This document shows, one piece after another, positions 22,338 through 32,422 of a DNA stretch of 64,000 nucleotides. Origin of the DNA: Longimicrobiales bacterium (GTDB lineage: Bacteria; Gemmatimonadota; Gemmatimonadetes; Longimicrobiales; Gaopeijiaceae); assembly GCA_041690395.1 (NCBI GenBank), contig JAWLHJ010000002.1, positions 228,707 through 292,706 of the forward strand. Reading direction: 5' to 3'. Position 1 is the first letter of the stretch; each line of letters starts with the position of its first letter. The translations under genes were made by a program, and so were the position numbers. The notes under the pieces were generated by a model. That model worked only from the letters and a program-made list of their open reading frames with translations, was not told the origin of the DNA and made no database searches.

Positions 22338-23401
22338 GATCCCTGCCCCACGGTTCGCGACGCGTGCAGACGTGCCGACGTCTCGTGCACACGGTCGACG
22401 AGGAAGGCCACGCGGTCCGGGTCGGTGGTCCGGTGGATGCCGTGGCCGAGATTGAAGATATGCGCGGCGGCCGAGGACCCCTCCTCGAGCACCGAGTCGA
22501 TCGCGGCCCCGAGTTCGTCTCGGGGGGCGAAGAGCGCCGCGGGATCGAGGTTGCCCTGGAGGACGACATCCTCTCCCAGGCGGCGCGTCGCCTCGGAGAG
22601 CGGCAGCGTCCAGTCGATGGCCATGACGTCGGATCCGATCTCCCGGGCCGCCTCCAGCAGGGTCGCCCCGCCGTTGGCGAAGTAGATGATCGGACGGTCG
22701 ACCTCGGCCCTGACGCGCTCGACGGTCCGTTTCAGCACGGGGAGCGCGAAGCGACGATAGCTGTCGGGGGCCAGCAGGCCCACCCAGGAGTCGAAGAGCA
22801 TGAGCGCGTCGACGCCGGCCCGGGCCTGGGCGACGAGGTACCGGGCCATGCTCTCGCCGAGCAGGTCGAGCAGGCGTCCGGCGGCCTCGGGCTCGGCCCG
22901 GAGGAAGCTCCGCGCCTCCATGAAGTCCTTGGAGCCGCCGCCCTCGACCAGGTAGCAGAACAGTGTGAACGGCGCGCCCGCGAATGCGATCAGCGCGCGG
23001 TCCTCCTCCAACTCCGCACGCACGAGCCGGATGGCCTCGAGCACGAACGGCGTCCCCTCCTCCGGGTCGAGAGCCCGCAGCGCGTCGGCGTCCTTCGCGG
23101 ACCGCACCGGGGACTCGATGATCGGGCCGGGATCGAAGTCCATGGCGACGCCCATGCCCTCGAGGGGCGTCATGATGTCGGCGAAGAGGATCGAGGCGTC
23201 GAGCGGGAACCGCCGCATGGGCTGAAGCGTGATCTCCGCGGCGAGATCGGGTGTCTTCGTGGCGGTCAGGAAGTCCACCTTCTTACGAAGGGCCCGATAC
23301 TCCGGGAGGTACCTACCCGCCTGGCGCATGACCCAGACCGGCGCGTGCGGGCCGCGCTCCCCCCGGCAGGCTCGCTCGAACAGGGTCTTTCCCTCAGGCA
23401 C
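22334..23401 (-). CDS. hemE: Uroporphyrinogen decarboxylase
   Basis: PVWVMRQAGRYLPEYR, ILFADI, FAGAPFTL, LQGNLDP, IFNLGHGI. Confidence 0.97.
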   Translation of the reverse strand: MPEGKTLFERACRGERGPHAPVWVMRQAGRYLPEYRALRKKVDFLTATKTPDLAAEITLQPMRRFPLDASILFADIMTPLEGMGVAMDFDPGPIIESPVRSAKDADALRALDPEEGTPFVLEAIRLVRAELEEDRALIAFAGAPFTLFCYLVEGGGSKDFMEARSFLRAEPEAAGRLLDLLGESMARYLVAQARAGVDALMLFDSWVGLLAPDSYRRFALPVLKRTVERVRAEVDRPIIYFANGGATLLEAAREIGSDVMAIDWTLPLSEATRRLGEDVVLQGNLDPAALFAPRDELGAAIDSVLEEGSSAAAHIFNLGHGIHRTTDPDRVAFLVDRVHETSARLHASRTVGQGS

Positions 23402-24713
23402 CGGGCATCTCCTCGCTCAGAATCTCCTCCGCGGCCGCGAGCGTCCGCTCCACGTCCTCGGGGGTGTGGGCATACGACCAGAACCAGGCCTCGAAGGGGC
23501 TCGGAGGAAGGTGGATCCCCCTGTCGAGCATCCCGTGGAAGAAGCGGTTGAAGCGCTCCCGATCGGACGCGGCCGCCGACGGCCAGTCGACCACCGGCGC
23601 CTCGGAGAAGAAGAGCGAGCCCATTCCTCCGGACCGATTCCACCGAAGTGGCAGGCCCAGGCGATCGCCGAGGTCACGGAAGCCCCGGTCGAACATGGCG
23701 CCCAGCCGCTCCAGGTGGTCGAAGACGCCCGCTTCTTCGCGGAGATACCGGAGCGTCGCGAGCCCGGCCGCCACGGCGAGCGGGTTCCCGGACAGGGTGC
23801 CGGCCTGATAAACCGGCCCGTCGGGTGCGATCATGCGCATGAGATCCTCTCGCCCCCCGTAGGCGCCCACGGGCAGGCCGCCACCGATCACCTTTCCCAG
23901 CGTGGTCAGGTCGGGCGTGACGCCGTAGCGGGCCTGAGCGCCGCCGTCGGCGACCCGGAAGCCGGTCATGACCTCGTCGAAGATCAGGAGGGCGCCACGC
24001 GCCGCGGTCAGATCGCGGAGCGCCTCCAGAAAGCCCTCCTGCGGCGGGATGCACCCCATGTTCCCGGAGACGGGCTCGACGATGACGCCGGCGATCTCAC
24101 CCTCGTGCGCGTCGAAGAGCGCCTCCACGGACGCCGCGTCGTTGAACTCGGCTACGAGCGAGTCGGCCGCGGTCCCCGCAGGCACGCCCGGGCTCGACGG
24201 GACGCCGAGCGTGGCCGCGCCCGATCCGGCCTCGACCAGGAACGCGTCGCCGTGGCCGTGGTAGCCGCCCCGGAACTTCACGATTCGGTCGCGGCCGGTC
24301 GCCGCCCGCGCCAGGCGGATGGCGCTCATCGTCGCCTCGGTGCCCGAGTTCACCATGCGGACGACGTCGACGCTCGGCACGCGGGCGGCGATCTCCTCGG
24401 CGAGATCGATCTCTCCCTCGGTCGGCGTACCGAACGACGTCCCACGCTCGACCGCTTCGACGAGCGCACGCCGTACGGCCGGATGCGCGTGTCCGAGCAC
24501 CATGACGCCCCACGACCCGATGTAGTCCAGGAGCCGGTTCCCGTCGACGTCCTCGAGAAAGGCTCCCCGGGCGGACCGAACGAATCTCGGGGTGCCGCCG
24601 ACTCCCTTGAACGCCCGTACCGGGCTGTTCACTCCCCCCGGAATGGTCCTCCGGGCCCGCTCGAGTAGCCCGGCGCTCCGGCCGGGCTCGCGATCCGTCT
24701 GCTCGTCACTCAC
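23394..24713 (-). CDS. hemL: Glutamate-1-semialdehyde 2,1-aminomutase
   Basis: IPGGVNSPVRAF, NSGTEATMSAIR, FDEVMTGFR, TTLGKVIGGGLP, YQAGTLSGNP; GTG start overlapping the hemD stop. Confidence 0.97.
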   Translation of the reverse strand: MSDEQTDREPGRSAGLLERARRTIPGGVNSPVRAFKGVGGTPRFVRSARGAFLEDVDGNRLLDYIGSWGVMVLGHAHPAVRRALVEAVERGTSFGTPTEGEIDLAEEIAARVPSVDVVRMVNSGTEATMSAIRLARAATGRDRIVKFRGGYHGHGDAFLVEAGSGAATLGVPSSPGVPAGTAADSLVAEFNDAASVEALFDAHEGEIAGVIVEPVSGNMGCIPPQEGFLEALRDLTAARGALLIFDEVMTGFRVADGGAQARYGVTPDLTTLGKVIGGGLPVGAYGGREDLMRMIAPDGPVYQAGTLSGNPLAVAAGLATLRYLREEAGVFDHLERLGAMFDRGFRDLGDRLGLPLRWNRSGGMGSLFFSEAPVVDWPSAAASDRERFNRFFHGMLDRGIHLPPSPFEAWFWSYAHTPEDVERTLAAAEEILSEEMPGA

Positions 24714-25489
24714 GATGGAACCCCCTTCCCTTGTTCGATGCACGACACGCATGCGTCCACGAGACCGTCCAGCCCCGGCGGCACGGCCGTGGCGATCCTC
24801 CCTCCGTCGACCCCGGACTCGGTCAGCGTCTTCGTCGTCGACGGCCCGATGGCGGCGAGTCCCACTGCCCCGAGCGCCGCGGGCCACTCCGGGGAGAGCG
24901 TCTCCACGAGGGCCAGGACAGCGGAAGGGCTCGCGAAGGCCACGGCGTCGACCCCGCGCCGGAGGTCGTCGCACACGATCCGACGCTCGGGCGGACGGGG
25001 CACGGTCCGGTACGCCTCGACGCGCTCCACCTCGGCGCCCAGGGCGGTCATGTCTTCCTCTATCGTATCGCCGGCCAGAGATGCCGCGGGAAAGAGCACC
25101 CGCGCACCCTCGAGCACGGCCTTCCCGGCCACGGCCTCGATCAGGGCACGTGCGTCGCTCGTGCCCGTCACGTCGACTCGCCAACCGCGAGTGCGCAGCG
25201 CCGCCGCCGTGGCCGCGCCGACCGCGGCGACCCGGACGTGCTCAGGGACATCCTCGCCCCGCCCGAGCGGCTCGACCGCGCGGGCGCTCGTGACCACGAC
25301 CCAGTCGTAGGCGCCCGCCTGCACGTCCCTGCGTGCCCGCGCGAGCGGCTCGAGGTCGTGCGGTGCGTCGAACGACAGCGTGGGCCACTCCAGGACCTTT
25401 GCGCCTTCGGCTCGAAGCTTCTCGGTGAGAGGGTCGTCAGGGGCCCCGTCACGCGTGGTCGCCACGACCCGGCCCGAGAGCCGGCTCAT
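24710..25489 (-). CDS. hemD: Uroporphyrinogen-III synthase
   Basis: VVATTR, YDWVVVTSARAV, AAVGAATA, EAYRT, FASPSAV, AIGPST. Confidence 0.9.
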   Translation of the reverse strand: MSRLSGRVVATTRDGAPDDPLTEKLRAEGAKVLEWPTLSFDAPHDLEPLARARRDVQAGAYDWVVVTSARAVEPLGRGEDVPEHVRVAAVGAATAAALRTRGWRVDVTGTSDARALIEAVAGKAVLEGARVLFPAASLAGDTIEEDMTALGAEVERVEAYRTVPRPPERRIVCDDLRRGVDAVAFASPSAVLALVETLSPEWPAALGAVGLAAIGPSTTKTLTESGVDGGRIATAVPPGLDGLVDACVSCIEQGKGVPS

Positions 25490-26439
25490 CGCTCGGTGTC
25501 CAGCGTCCTCGGGGGCGGCCCCGCCCACCCCACGCCACGAAGTGAGGGAAGCCCGAGCCGCCCCAGAAGCTCCGACGCCAGCGCCGAGCCGAGACCGTCC
25601 GGATCGTCGTCCGTCGACCCGGACCGCGCGTCACGGACGACGCCGGATGGACCGACCACGGCCCCCTCTACGCTCAGCGTGCCGTCCGCCGCGGACCGCG
25701 CGAGCACACCAACCGGGGCCTGGCATCCGGCCTCGAGACGGCGCAAGCATGCGCGCTCGGCCTCGATGGCCCGGCGGGTCGGGCCGTGGTCGAGCGGCGC
25801 CGTCACGTCGCGGAGGCGGGCATCGTCCACCCGGATCTGGAGCGCCAGCGCGCCCTGGGCGGCCGCCGGCAGCATGACCGCGGGGTCGAGCATCTCGGTA
25901 GCCCGATCCGAGAGGCCGAGCCGGGCCAGTCCCGCGGCGGCGAGCACCACCGCGTCGACCACGCCATCCTCGGCGGCCTTCAACCGCGTCGGCACGTTGC
26001 CGCGCTGATCCTTCAGTGTCAGATCGGGCCGGGCGACCGCGAGGAATCCCTTCCGCCGCGGGCTCGACGTGCCGACCGTGGCACCCTCCGGAAGCGCGGC
26101 GAGCCCGCCGTGCCTGCTGACCAACACGTCGCGCGGGTCCTCGCGCTCCGGAATCGCGCCGAGCACGAGCCCGGCGGGCATCGCGGTCGCGAGATCCTTG
26201 CACGAGTGCACCGCGAGGTCGATCCGGCCATCGAGGAGCGCGTCCTCGATCTCCTTGGTGAAGAACGCCTGGCCGTGCTCCGGCCCCAGCGGAACGTCCT
26301 GGATGACGTCGCCCGATGTCCTGATCTCGACGAGCTCGACCTCGAGGCCGGGGTTGAGCCGTCGCAGCCTGTCCGCCACCCATCCCGACTGCGTGAGCGC
26401 GAGGCGGGAGCCGCGCGTGCCGAGACGCACGGCGCTCAA
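25486..26439 (-). CDS. hemC: Hydroxymethylbilane synthase
   Basis: LGTRGSRLAL, FTKEIE, VHSCKD, REDPRD, GTSSPRR, RGNVPTRL, LEAGCQAP. Confidence 0.96.
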   Translation of the reverse strand: MSAVRLGTRGSRLALTQSGWVADRLRRLNPGLEVELVEIRTSGDVIQDVPLGPEHGQAFFTKEIEDALLDGRIDLAVHSCKDLATAMPAGLVLGAIPEREDPRDVLVSRHGGLAALPEGATVGTSSPRRKGFLAVARPDLTLKDQRGNVPTRLKAAEDGVVDAVVLAAAGLARLGLSDRATEMLDPAVMLPAAAQGALALQIRVDDARLRDVTAPLDHGPTRRAIEAERACLRRLEAGCQAPVGVLARSAADGTLSVEGAVVGPSGVVRDARSGSTDDDPDGLGSALASELLGRLGLPSLRGVGWAGPPPRTLDTER

Positions 26440-27734
26440 TTCGACTCCGGCGGCTGGGCGCCGTCGTCGGGGTCGACTCCGAAGAGCGCCGGAGCCGCGT
26501 CGAGAAGGAACCGGCCTTCAGGGCTCTCCGGGTCCGCCTCCCGGAGGGCCAACGTGGGCGGGTGCAGGAGCGTGCGGGCGAGGGACCGGGCGAGAAGGCG
26601 CATCTGCTCCTTCTCTTCCTCGCTTCGGCCCTGTCCGAATCGTTCGGCTTCGGCCCGGGCCAGATCGAGCACCTGGCGACGCACGGCTTTCAGCACGTCG
26701 ACGCTCCGGCGTGAGCGCATCCAGAGCGCGAAGGCCTCCGCCTGCTCGCGCACGATGGCTTCCGCCCTCGGCACCTGAGCGGCGCGAGCCGCGCGAGCCG
26801 CTTCGACACGCTCGAAGACGTGATCCAGATCGAAGAGCGTGACCCCGGGAACCTCCGCCAGCGCCGGATCGAAGTTCCGCGGATGGGCGAGGTCCAGGAA
26901 GCGGACCGAACGGGCCTCCGAGGGCCGCACCTGCGCCCGCATCATGTCGGCGGTCACCAGCCACTCGCCCGCGGTGACGGCACCCACGACCAGATCGGCG
27001 CCCGCGAGGAGCTCGGGCAACCGGTCGAGGCCGACGCCCATGCCTCCGAGCGGCGCGGCGACCTCGCGCGCGGTCTCCTCGGTCCGGTTCGCGACGACGA
27101 GCGTCCCGACCCCGGACTTGCGCAGCAGACGCGCCATAAGGGCTCCGGTCTCCCCGGCACCGATCACGAGCGCCCGCACGTCGCCGAGCGATCCCATTTC
27201 GCGCTCGACCATCTTCAGTGAAGCGCTGGCGAGCGACGCCGCGCCACGACCGATGTCGGTCTCGGTCCGCACCTTCTTGCCCGTCGCGAGCGCCATCTCG
27301 AACACGCGGTGCAGGATCGGGCCTTTGCTCGTCATCGCGAGCGGATGGTGCGCCGCCTCACGAACCTGACCGAGGATCTGGGCCTCACCGTGCACCACGG
27401 AGTCGAGCCCGGACGCGACCCGGAAGAGGTGCCTCACCGCGATGGGACCCCGGAGCGCATAGATGTGCGACCGGAGCTCGTCGCTCGGAACACCCGTTCG
27501 GCGTGCCAGCATGCGAACGAGCAGCTTGAGCGCGCGCTCGGAATCCCGAGCGACGCAATAGAGCTCGAGCCGGCCACACGTCGCGAGCGGAATCGCCTCT
27601 TCGAGCACTCCGCGCTCGGTCAGCAACGCCCCGAGCGCGGCGTAGACCTCGTCGAGGTCCACGTGCATGCGCTCTCGGACCCGCGTGGGGGCCACCGACT
27701 GGCTGGTGCCGACGACGAACAGCTCCATGCTCAT
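26436..27734 (-). CDS. hemA: Glutamyl-tRNA reductase
   Basis: TCGRLELY (TCNR-like), HLFRVASGLDS, GEAQILGQV, VIGAGETG, VANRT, DLAHPRN. Confidence 0.93.
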   Translation of the reverse strand: MSMELFVVGTSQSVAPTRVRERMHVDLDEVYAALGALLTERGVLEEAIPLATCGRLELYCVARDSERALKLLVRMLARRTGVPSDELRSHIYALRGPIAVRHLFRVASGLDSVVHGEAQILGQVREAAHHPLAMTSKGPILHRVFEMALATGKKVRTETDIGRGAASLASASLKMVEREMGSLGDVRALVIGAGETGALMARLLRKSGVGTLVVANRTEETAREVAAPLGGMGVGLDRLPELLAGADLVVGAVTAGEWLVTADMMRAQVRPSEARSVRFLDLAHPRNFDPALAEVPGVTLFDLDHVFERVEAARAARAAQVPRAEAIVREQAEAFALWMRSRRSVDVLKAVRRQVLDLARAEAERFGQGRSEEEKEQMRLLARSLARTLLHPPTLALREADPESPEGRFLLDAAPALFGVDPDDGAQPPESN

Positions 27735-28747
27735 GGGCTCTTGCGCTCGTCGGCGAGCCAACCCGCGGCGTCGAGGGCGTGATACGTGATGATCGAGTCG
27801 GCTCCTGCCCGCCGGAACGCCAGCAGGGTCTCGAGCACGACCGCCCTCTCGTCTAGCCAGCCGCGCGCGGCGGCCGCCTTCACCATGCTGTACTCCCCGC
27901 TCACGTTGTAGACTGCAAGGGGCATCTCCGGAAACGCGTCCCGCGTGCTCCGCACGATGTCGAGATAGGCCAACCCCGGCTTGACCATGAGCATGTCGGC
28001 CCCTTCGTCGATGTCGGCCTGGTGCTCGCGGACGGCTTCGCGCGCGTTGGCCGGATCCATCTGATGACTCTTGCGGTCGCCGAACGACGGTGCCCCGTCC
28101 GCGGCGTCGCGGAACGGCCCGTAGTAGGACGATGCGTACTTCGCCGAATAGGAAAGGATCGGCACGTGACCGAAATTCTCGAGGTCCAGCGCCTCACGGA
28201 TCGCGGCCACCTGACCGTCCATCATCGCCGACGGAGCCACGACGTCCGCCCCTGCCCGAGCGTGGGACACCGCGGTCTCGGCCAATCGGTCCAGAGATGC
28301 GTCGTTGAGCACCTCGCCGTCCTCCCCGACCAGGCCGCAGTGCCCGTGCTCCGTATATTCGCAGAGGCAGACATCCGTGATGATCAGCCCCGCGTAACCC
28401 GACCCGCGGAGCGCCTTCACGGCGCGCTGCACGACCGCGTCGTCCGCGGACGCTTGAGTCCCGGTAGCGTCCTTCGTGGCCGGGATCCCGAACAGGAGCA
28501 CCGCTCCGAGCCCTGCACCGACTGCAGCGGCCGCCGGCTCACCCACGCGGTCCACCGGCCAGCGGAAGACGCCCGGCATGGACGATATCTCCGTCGGCTG
28601 GTCCTCGACCTCGGTCACGAAGATCGGAAGGACCAGGTGCTCCGGAGCAAGCGCGTGCTCACGTACGAGCGTGCGCAACCCGGGGCTTCGGCGAAGCCGT
28701 CGGAGTCGCGCGAAACCGGTGTCGGAGTAGGAGTCTGGATCGGTCAT
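27731..28747 (-). CDS. hemB: Porphobilinogen synthase (Zn-binding type)
   Basis: DVCLCEYTEHGHCG, APSAMMDG, YGPFRDAA, LMVKPG, YNVSGEYSM. Confidence 0.97.
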   Translation of the reverse strand: MTDPDSYSDTGFARLRRLRRSPGLRTLVREHALAPEHLVLPIFVTEVEDQPTEISSMPGVFRWPVDRVGEPAAAAVGAGLGAVLLFGIPATKDATGTQASADDAVVQRAVKALRGSGYAGLIITDVCLCEYTEHGHCGLVGEDGEVLNDASLDRLAETAVSHARAGADVVAPSAMMDGQVAAIREALDLENFGHVPILSYSAKYASSYYGPFRDAADGAPSFGDRKSHQMDPANAREAVREHQADIDEGADMLMVKPGLAYLDIVRSTRDAFPEMPLAVYNVSGEYSMVKAAAARGWLDERAVVLETLLAFRRAGADSIITYHALDAAGWLADERKSP

Positions 28748-28882
28748 AACTGCAGAGAAGATCGGTCGTTGCAGCGATCCGGACAATTGGGGAATGCCCG
28801 CGCTCGAGGTCCGTAGAACCCCCTACGGGGGCGCCCGGACGCACTTCGCGACGGGCTCTCCCCGGGCCGCTGCCGACGGCTC

Positions 28883-29704
28883 CTAGCGCGGTGGCCCCTG
28901 GTTCACACGCACCTCCAGCACCCGCATCTCGACCGTCATGGTCCCGTCCTCACCACCCATCAACGCCTCCATCTGCTCCATCTGGCCGCGGAACATCTGC
29001 TCGACCATCTCCCGCTGGCCCTCCGGGAGCCCTTCGAGCTGGCGGCGCATCTCTTCGTATTCGGCGCGCATCTCCGGATCGATGGCCGCACCGAGCCCTT
29101 CCATGCGCACGACGGTGCGATACGGCATGAGGAGGCCCTGGTCGTCGCGATAGTCCTCCAGGTCGATGACGCTCGTGACCTCGACCGGTCCGTCCCCGGT
29201 ATCCAGGTCGCCCGTGAACTCCATGCGACGAGGCACCCAGAGATCGGTGTCGACGAGAATGCGACCGGTCCGGGGCTCGAACTCGGACTCCTGCGGTCCG
29301 GCCTCGGGCACGAGGTCGAGCGCGCCGAGGTCGTCGATGAGCAGGACGTGCACCTCCTCGCCTCCCACGCGCTCCGTCCCTCCATACCGGGCGTGCTCCG
29401 CGAGCTCCGGTCCCGCCGCGTAGACGTCGCTGTAGCCGAAATCCTCCTCGATGTCCGCCGAGATCCCCCCGCTGGACGAGCCACGAAGCTCGAACACGGG
29501 GCGTCCGTCGTGCATCTCCTTCTCGAAGTACAGCTCGGACTCGAAGCCCATGACTTCCTGGACCACCGTGTAGTTCTCGACGGACGCGGTGTTCCGCTCG
29601 TAGACCTCGAGCATCCGCTCGACGATATCGGCCGGAGACTGCGCCGCGGCCAGGGTCGGGAGGGCCGCCAGGAGAAGTCCCGGTACGGCGAGGATGCGCT
29701 TCAC
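28883..29704 (-). CDS. Secreted hypothetical protein
   Basis: GTG start after GGAGG; signal peptide ending AAAQ; Met/Glu/Gln-rich helical segment near the C-terminus. Confidence 0.7.
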   Translation of the reverse strand: MKRILAVPGLLLAALPTLAAAQSPADIVERMLEVYERNTASVENYTVVQEVMGFESELYFEKEMHDGRPVFELRGSSSGGISADIEEDFGYSDVYAAGPELAEHARYGGTERVGGEEVHVLLIDDLGALDLVPEAGPQESEFEPRTGRILVDTDLWVPRRMEFTGDLDTGDGPVEVTSVIDLEDYRDDQGLLMPYRTVVRMEGLGAAIDPEMRAEYEEMRRQLEGLPEGQREMVEQMFRGQMEQMEALMGGEDGTMTVEMRVLEVRVNQGPPR

Positions 29705-29804
29705 TGGAGGTCCTCCGATTCGATTCGGTTCGAGGTCACGACCCTTCACGATCGTCGGGCCGAGCCGCGGGGGCAAGCGGTGCGGCGAGCGGCACTTCGC
29801 CTCT

Positions 29805-30866
29805 TCAAGACGCCGCGCTCCTGCGCACGAACAACGTCTGCGTCGGGTAGGCGAAGTCGATTCCGGCCTCGTCGAAGCGCCGGTGGATCTCGAGATTCAC
29901 GGCCTCCTGGATGTCCATGTACCGGTTGTAGTCCGGTCCCGTCACGTAGTAGACGATCTCGAACTCGAGAGCGAAATCGCCGTATCTGGCGAAGTGGGCG
30001 CGGTCGAACCGCACATCGCGCCCGTGGCTCTCGATGGCCTCCCGGATCATCCCGGGAATGCGCTCCAGGAACTCACGGCCGGTGTCGTAGGTGACCCCAA
30101 CCTCGAAGAGGACCCTGCGCTCGAACATCCGTCCGTAGTTCCGGATGCGGCTGTTGAGCAGGTCCGTGTTGGAGAACACGAGCTGTTCCCCGGAGAGGCT
30201 ACGTACGCGCGTGGTCTTGAGGCCGATCTCCTCGACGCTCCCGAGCATGTCGTCGATGATCAGGAAGTCGCCGAGCACGAAGGGCTTGTCGAGGACGATC
30301 GAGAGCGACGCGAACAGGTCGCCGAGGATGTTCTGCGCGGCGAGCGCGACGGCGATTCCCCCGACGCCCAGCCCCGCGACCAGCGCGGTGACGTCGACGC
30401 CGAGGTTGTCGAGCGCCAGCAGCAGGACCATGGACCACAACACGATCCGGACCGCGATCCCGATCACGTTCATGGTCATGACGGCCGCCGCGTCCTCGGC
30501 GGCGCGCTCCTCGCGGGTCACCTCGATCCACTGCCGGATTCCGGCGCTGACCCACAGGCCTGCCTGCACCAGGAAGGCGATGACCGCCAGATGCTGGACG
30601 GAGGACGTCAGGCGTTCGGGGAGGTCCAGCGGGAGCGATCCGGCGTAGAGCGCGACGACGAGGAGCACGAGTCCCTTCGTCTTGCGTAGCGCGTGGGTGA
30701 CGATGTCGTCCCAGCGCGTGCGGGTACTGCTGGCGAGCTCGGCCAGCCTGGCCACGAGGACGCCGGCGAGGAGGCGGAGCGCGAGGTACGTGACCAGCGC
30801 CGCGCCGAACGCCGAGGCCCATACGCCGGGAGCGTTGCCGAGGATGTCGTCGGGAAGCATCTCCAT
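29805..30866 (-). CDS. Small-conductance mechanosensitive channel (MscS family)
   Basis: ALVAGLGVGGIAVALAAQ, DKPFVLGD, GSVEEIGLKTTRVRSLSGE, FAYPTQT. Confidence 0.93.
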   Translation of the reverse strand: MEMLPDDILGNAPGVWASAFGAALVTYLALRLLAGVLVARLAELASSTRTRWDDIVTHALRKTKGLVLLVVALYAGSLPLDLPERLTSSVQHLAVIAFLVQAGLWVSAGIRQWIEVTREERAAEDAAAVMTMNVIGIAVRIVLWSMVLLLALDNLGVDVTALVAGLGVGGIAVALAAQNILGDLFASLSIVLDKPFVLGDFLIIDDMLGSVEEIGLKTTRVRSLSGEQLVFSNTDLLNSRIRNYGRMFERRVLFEVGVTYDTGREFLERIPGMIREAIESHGRDVRFDRAHFARYGDFALEFEIVYYVTGPDYNRYMDIQEAVNLEIHRRFDEAGIDFAYPTQTLFVRRSAAS

Positions 30867-30899
30867 CGATCGATTCGCGTCGAGTGGGGGTGGAAACAC

Positions 30900-30932
30900 G
30901 AAGCGGGGGACGCTCTCGGCGCCCCCCGCTTC
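30900..30932 (-). terminator. GC-rich hairpin downstream of the 124-aa gene
   Basis: GAAGCGGGGG (30900-30909) pairs with CCCCCGCTTC (30923-30932); weak T tract on the minus strand. Confidence 0.45.
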
Positions 30933-30971
30933 ATCGACTACCCGGGCGGCCGTGGCCGCCGCGCGGTGCCT

Positions 30972-31346
30972 CTAGACCACGGCCAGGACGGGCTCGTCCG
31001 CCTCGGTGGCGTTCGCCCCGGTGGGGGTGGCTTCGGTGGCCTCCGTGACGGTCGCGTCGGTCTGCGGCTCCTCTGCCTCCGGCTCCTGCCAGCGATCACG
31101 ATTCGCGGCATGCGCCTTGGCGCCGTGCGGGATCGCGGGCTTCACGAAGCGCCGCCCGATCACTTCGAGCTGAGCGATCTCGAGCTCGGTGAGGTCGGGA
31201 TAGCGGTCCGCCATGTAGTCCATCGTCTCGGTGAGCCACTCGAAACGGTCTTCCATGTGCGCGTCGAGGACCTCGCAGCGGATCACGTGGCTGCAGAGCT
31301 CATCGCGAGCGCGATCGAACTGGGTCTTGCGGTGCTTGTTCCCCAT
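30972..31346 (-). CDS. Hypothetical protein (124 aa)
   Basis: Strong GAGGAG RBS; globular N-terminal half (DRARDELCSHVIRC...YMADRYP) and Thr/Glu/Ala-rich tail. Confidence 0.8.
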   Translation of the reverse strand: MGNKHRKTQFDRARDELCSHVIRCEVLDAHMEDRFEWLTETMDYMADRYPDLTELEIAQLEVIGRRFVKPAIPHGAKAHAANRDRWQEPEAEEPQTDATVTEATEATPTGANATEADEPVLAVV

Positions 31347-31531
31347 GTATGGGATCTCCTCTTTTCGAGTCTTAAGTCCTTATTCTACAATAATTTGCCA
31401 CTCATATCAACCCCGCCCCGGCCCGGGCGCGCCCGGGAGCGGCACCTTGCCGGGCCACGCCCCGGACCGCACGGTGATGTCCACGACACGAGCCGGCCAC
31501 GCGCCGGAGCCATCCCGTACCGGAGCACCCC

Positions 31532-32422
31532 ATGAGCGACGAGCGCAAGCGAGCGGAGGACTTTCCGCGTGAGGTCCTGAACCTGTTCGACCAGTACGTG
31601 CACGGGATGATCGACCGCAGAGGCTTCCTCGACGGAGCGCGGAAGTTCGCGGTCGGCGGCCTGACCGCGCTCGGGATGCTCGAAGCGCTGCGGCCCCGCT
31701 ACGCGTGGGCACGGCAGGTCGACCCGGACGACCCGGGCATCCGGGCCGAGTACGTCGAGTACCCGTCCCCGGAGGGATCCGGGACGATGCGTGGCTACAT
31801 GGCTCGCCCGAGCGCGGGGGGACGTAATCCGGCCGTGCTCGTCATCCACGAGAACCGCGGCCTGAACCCCTATATCGAAGACGTCGTCCGGCGTATGGGC
31901 GCGGCGGGCTTCCTTGCGCTGGGCCCCGACGCGCTGACCCCGCTCGGCGGCTACCCGGGCAACGACGACGACGGGCGGGAGATGCAGAGCCGACTCGATC
32001 GCGACACCATGGTCGCGGACTTCGAGGCAGGCGCCCGCTTCCTCATGGCCCACGCCGAGTCGACGGGGCGGGTCGGCGCCGTCGGATTCTGCTTCGGCGG
32101 CTGGGTCGTGAACACCCTCGCGGTCCGCATGCCGGAGCTCGCCGCGGGGGTGCCCTTCTACGGCACCCAGCCTCCGGCGGAGGACGTCGCCCGGATCCAG
32201 GCTCCGCTCATGATCCACTACGCGGCGCTCGACGAGCGCGTGAACGCCGGATGGCCCGCCTTCCGGGACGCGCTCGAGGCCAGCGGAAAGACGTACGTCA
32301 TGCACATGTACGAGGGTGCGAACCACGGCTTCCACAACGACACGACGCCCCGGTACGACGAGGCGGCCGCCCGCCTGGCTCAGGAGCGCACGATCGCCTT
32401 CTTCAACGAGCATCTCCGCTGA
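31532..32422 (+). CDS. Dienelactone hydrolase family protein (YghX-like)
   Basis: [30 protein letters not shown] nucleophile motif, [11 protein letters not shown]. Confidence 0.93.
   Translation: MSDERKRAEDFPREVLNLFDQYVHGMIDRRGFLDGARKFAVGGLTALGMLEALRPRYAWARQVDPDDPGIRAEYVEYPSPEGSGTMRGYMARPSAGGRNPAVLVIHENRGLNPYIEDVVRRMGAAGFLALGPDALTPLGGYPGNDDDGREMQSRLDRDTMVADFEAGARFLMAHAESTGRVGAVGFCFGGWVVNTLAVRMPELAAGVPFYGTQPPAEDVARIQAPLMIHYAALDERVNAGWPAFRDALEASGKTYVMHMYEGANHGFHNDTTPRYDEAAARLAQERTIAFFNEHLR

Noticed and set aside
31532..31720. Tat signal (DRRGFL) in the dienelactone hydrolase as a novelty
   Set aside because: This N-terminus is a standard feature of YghX-like proteins
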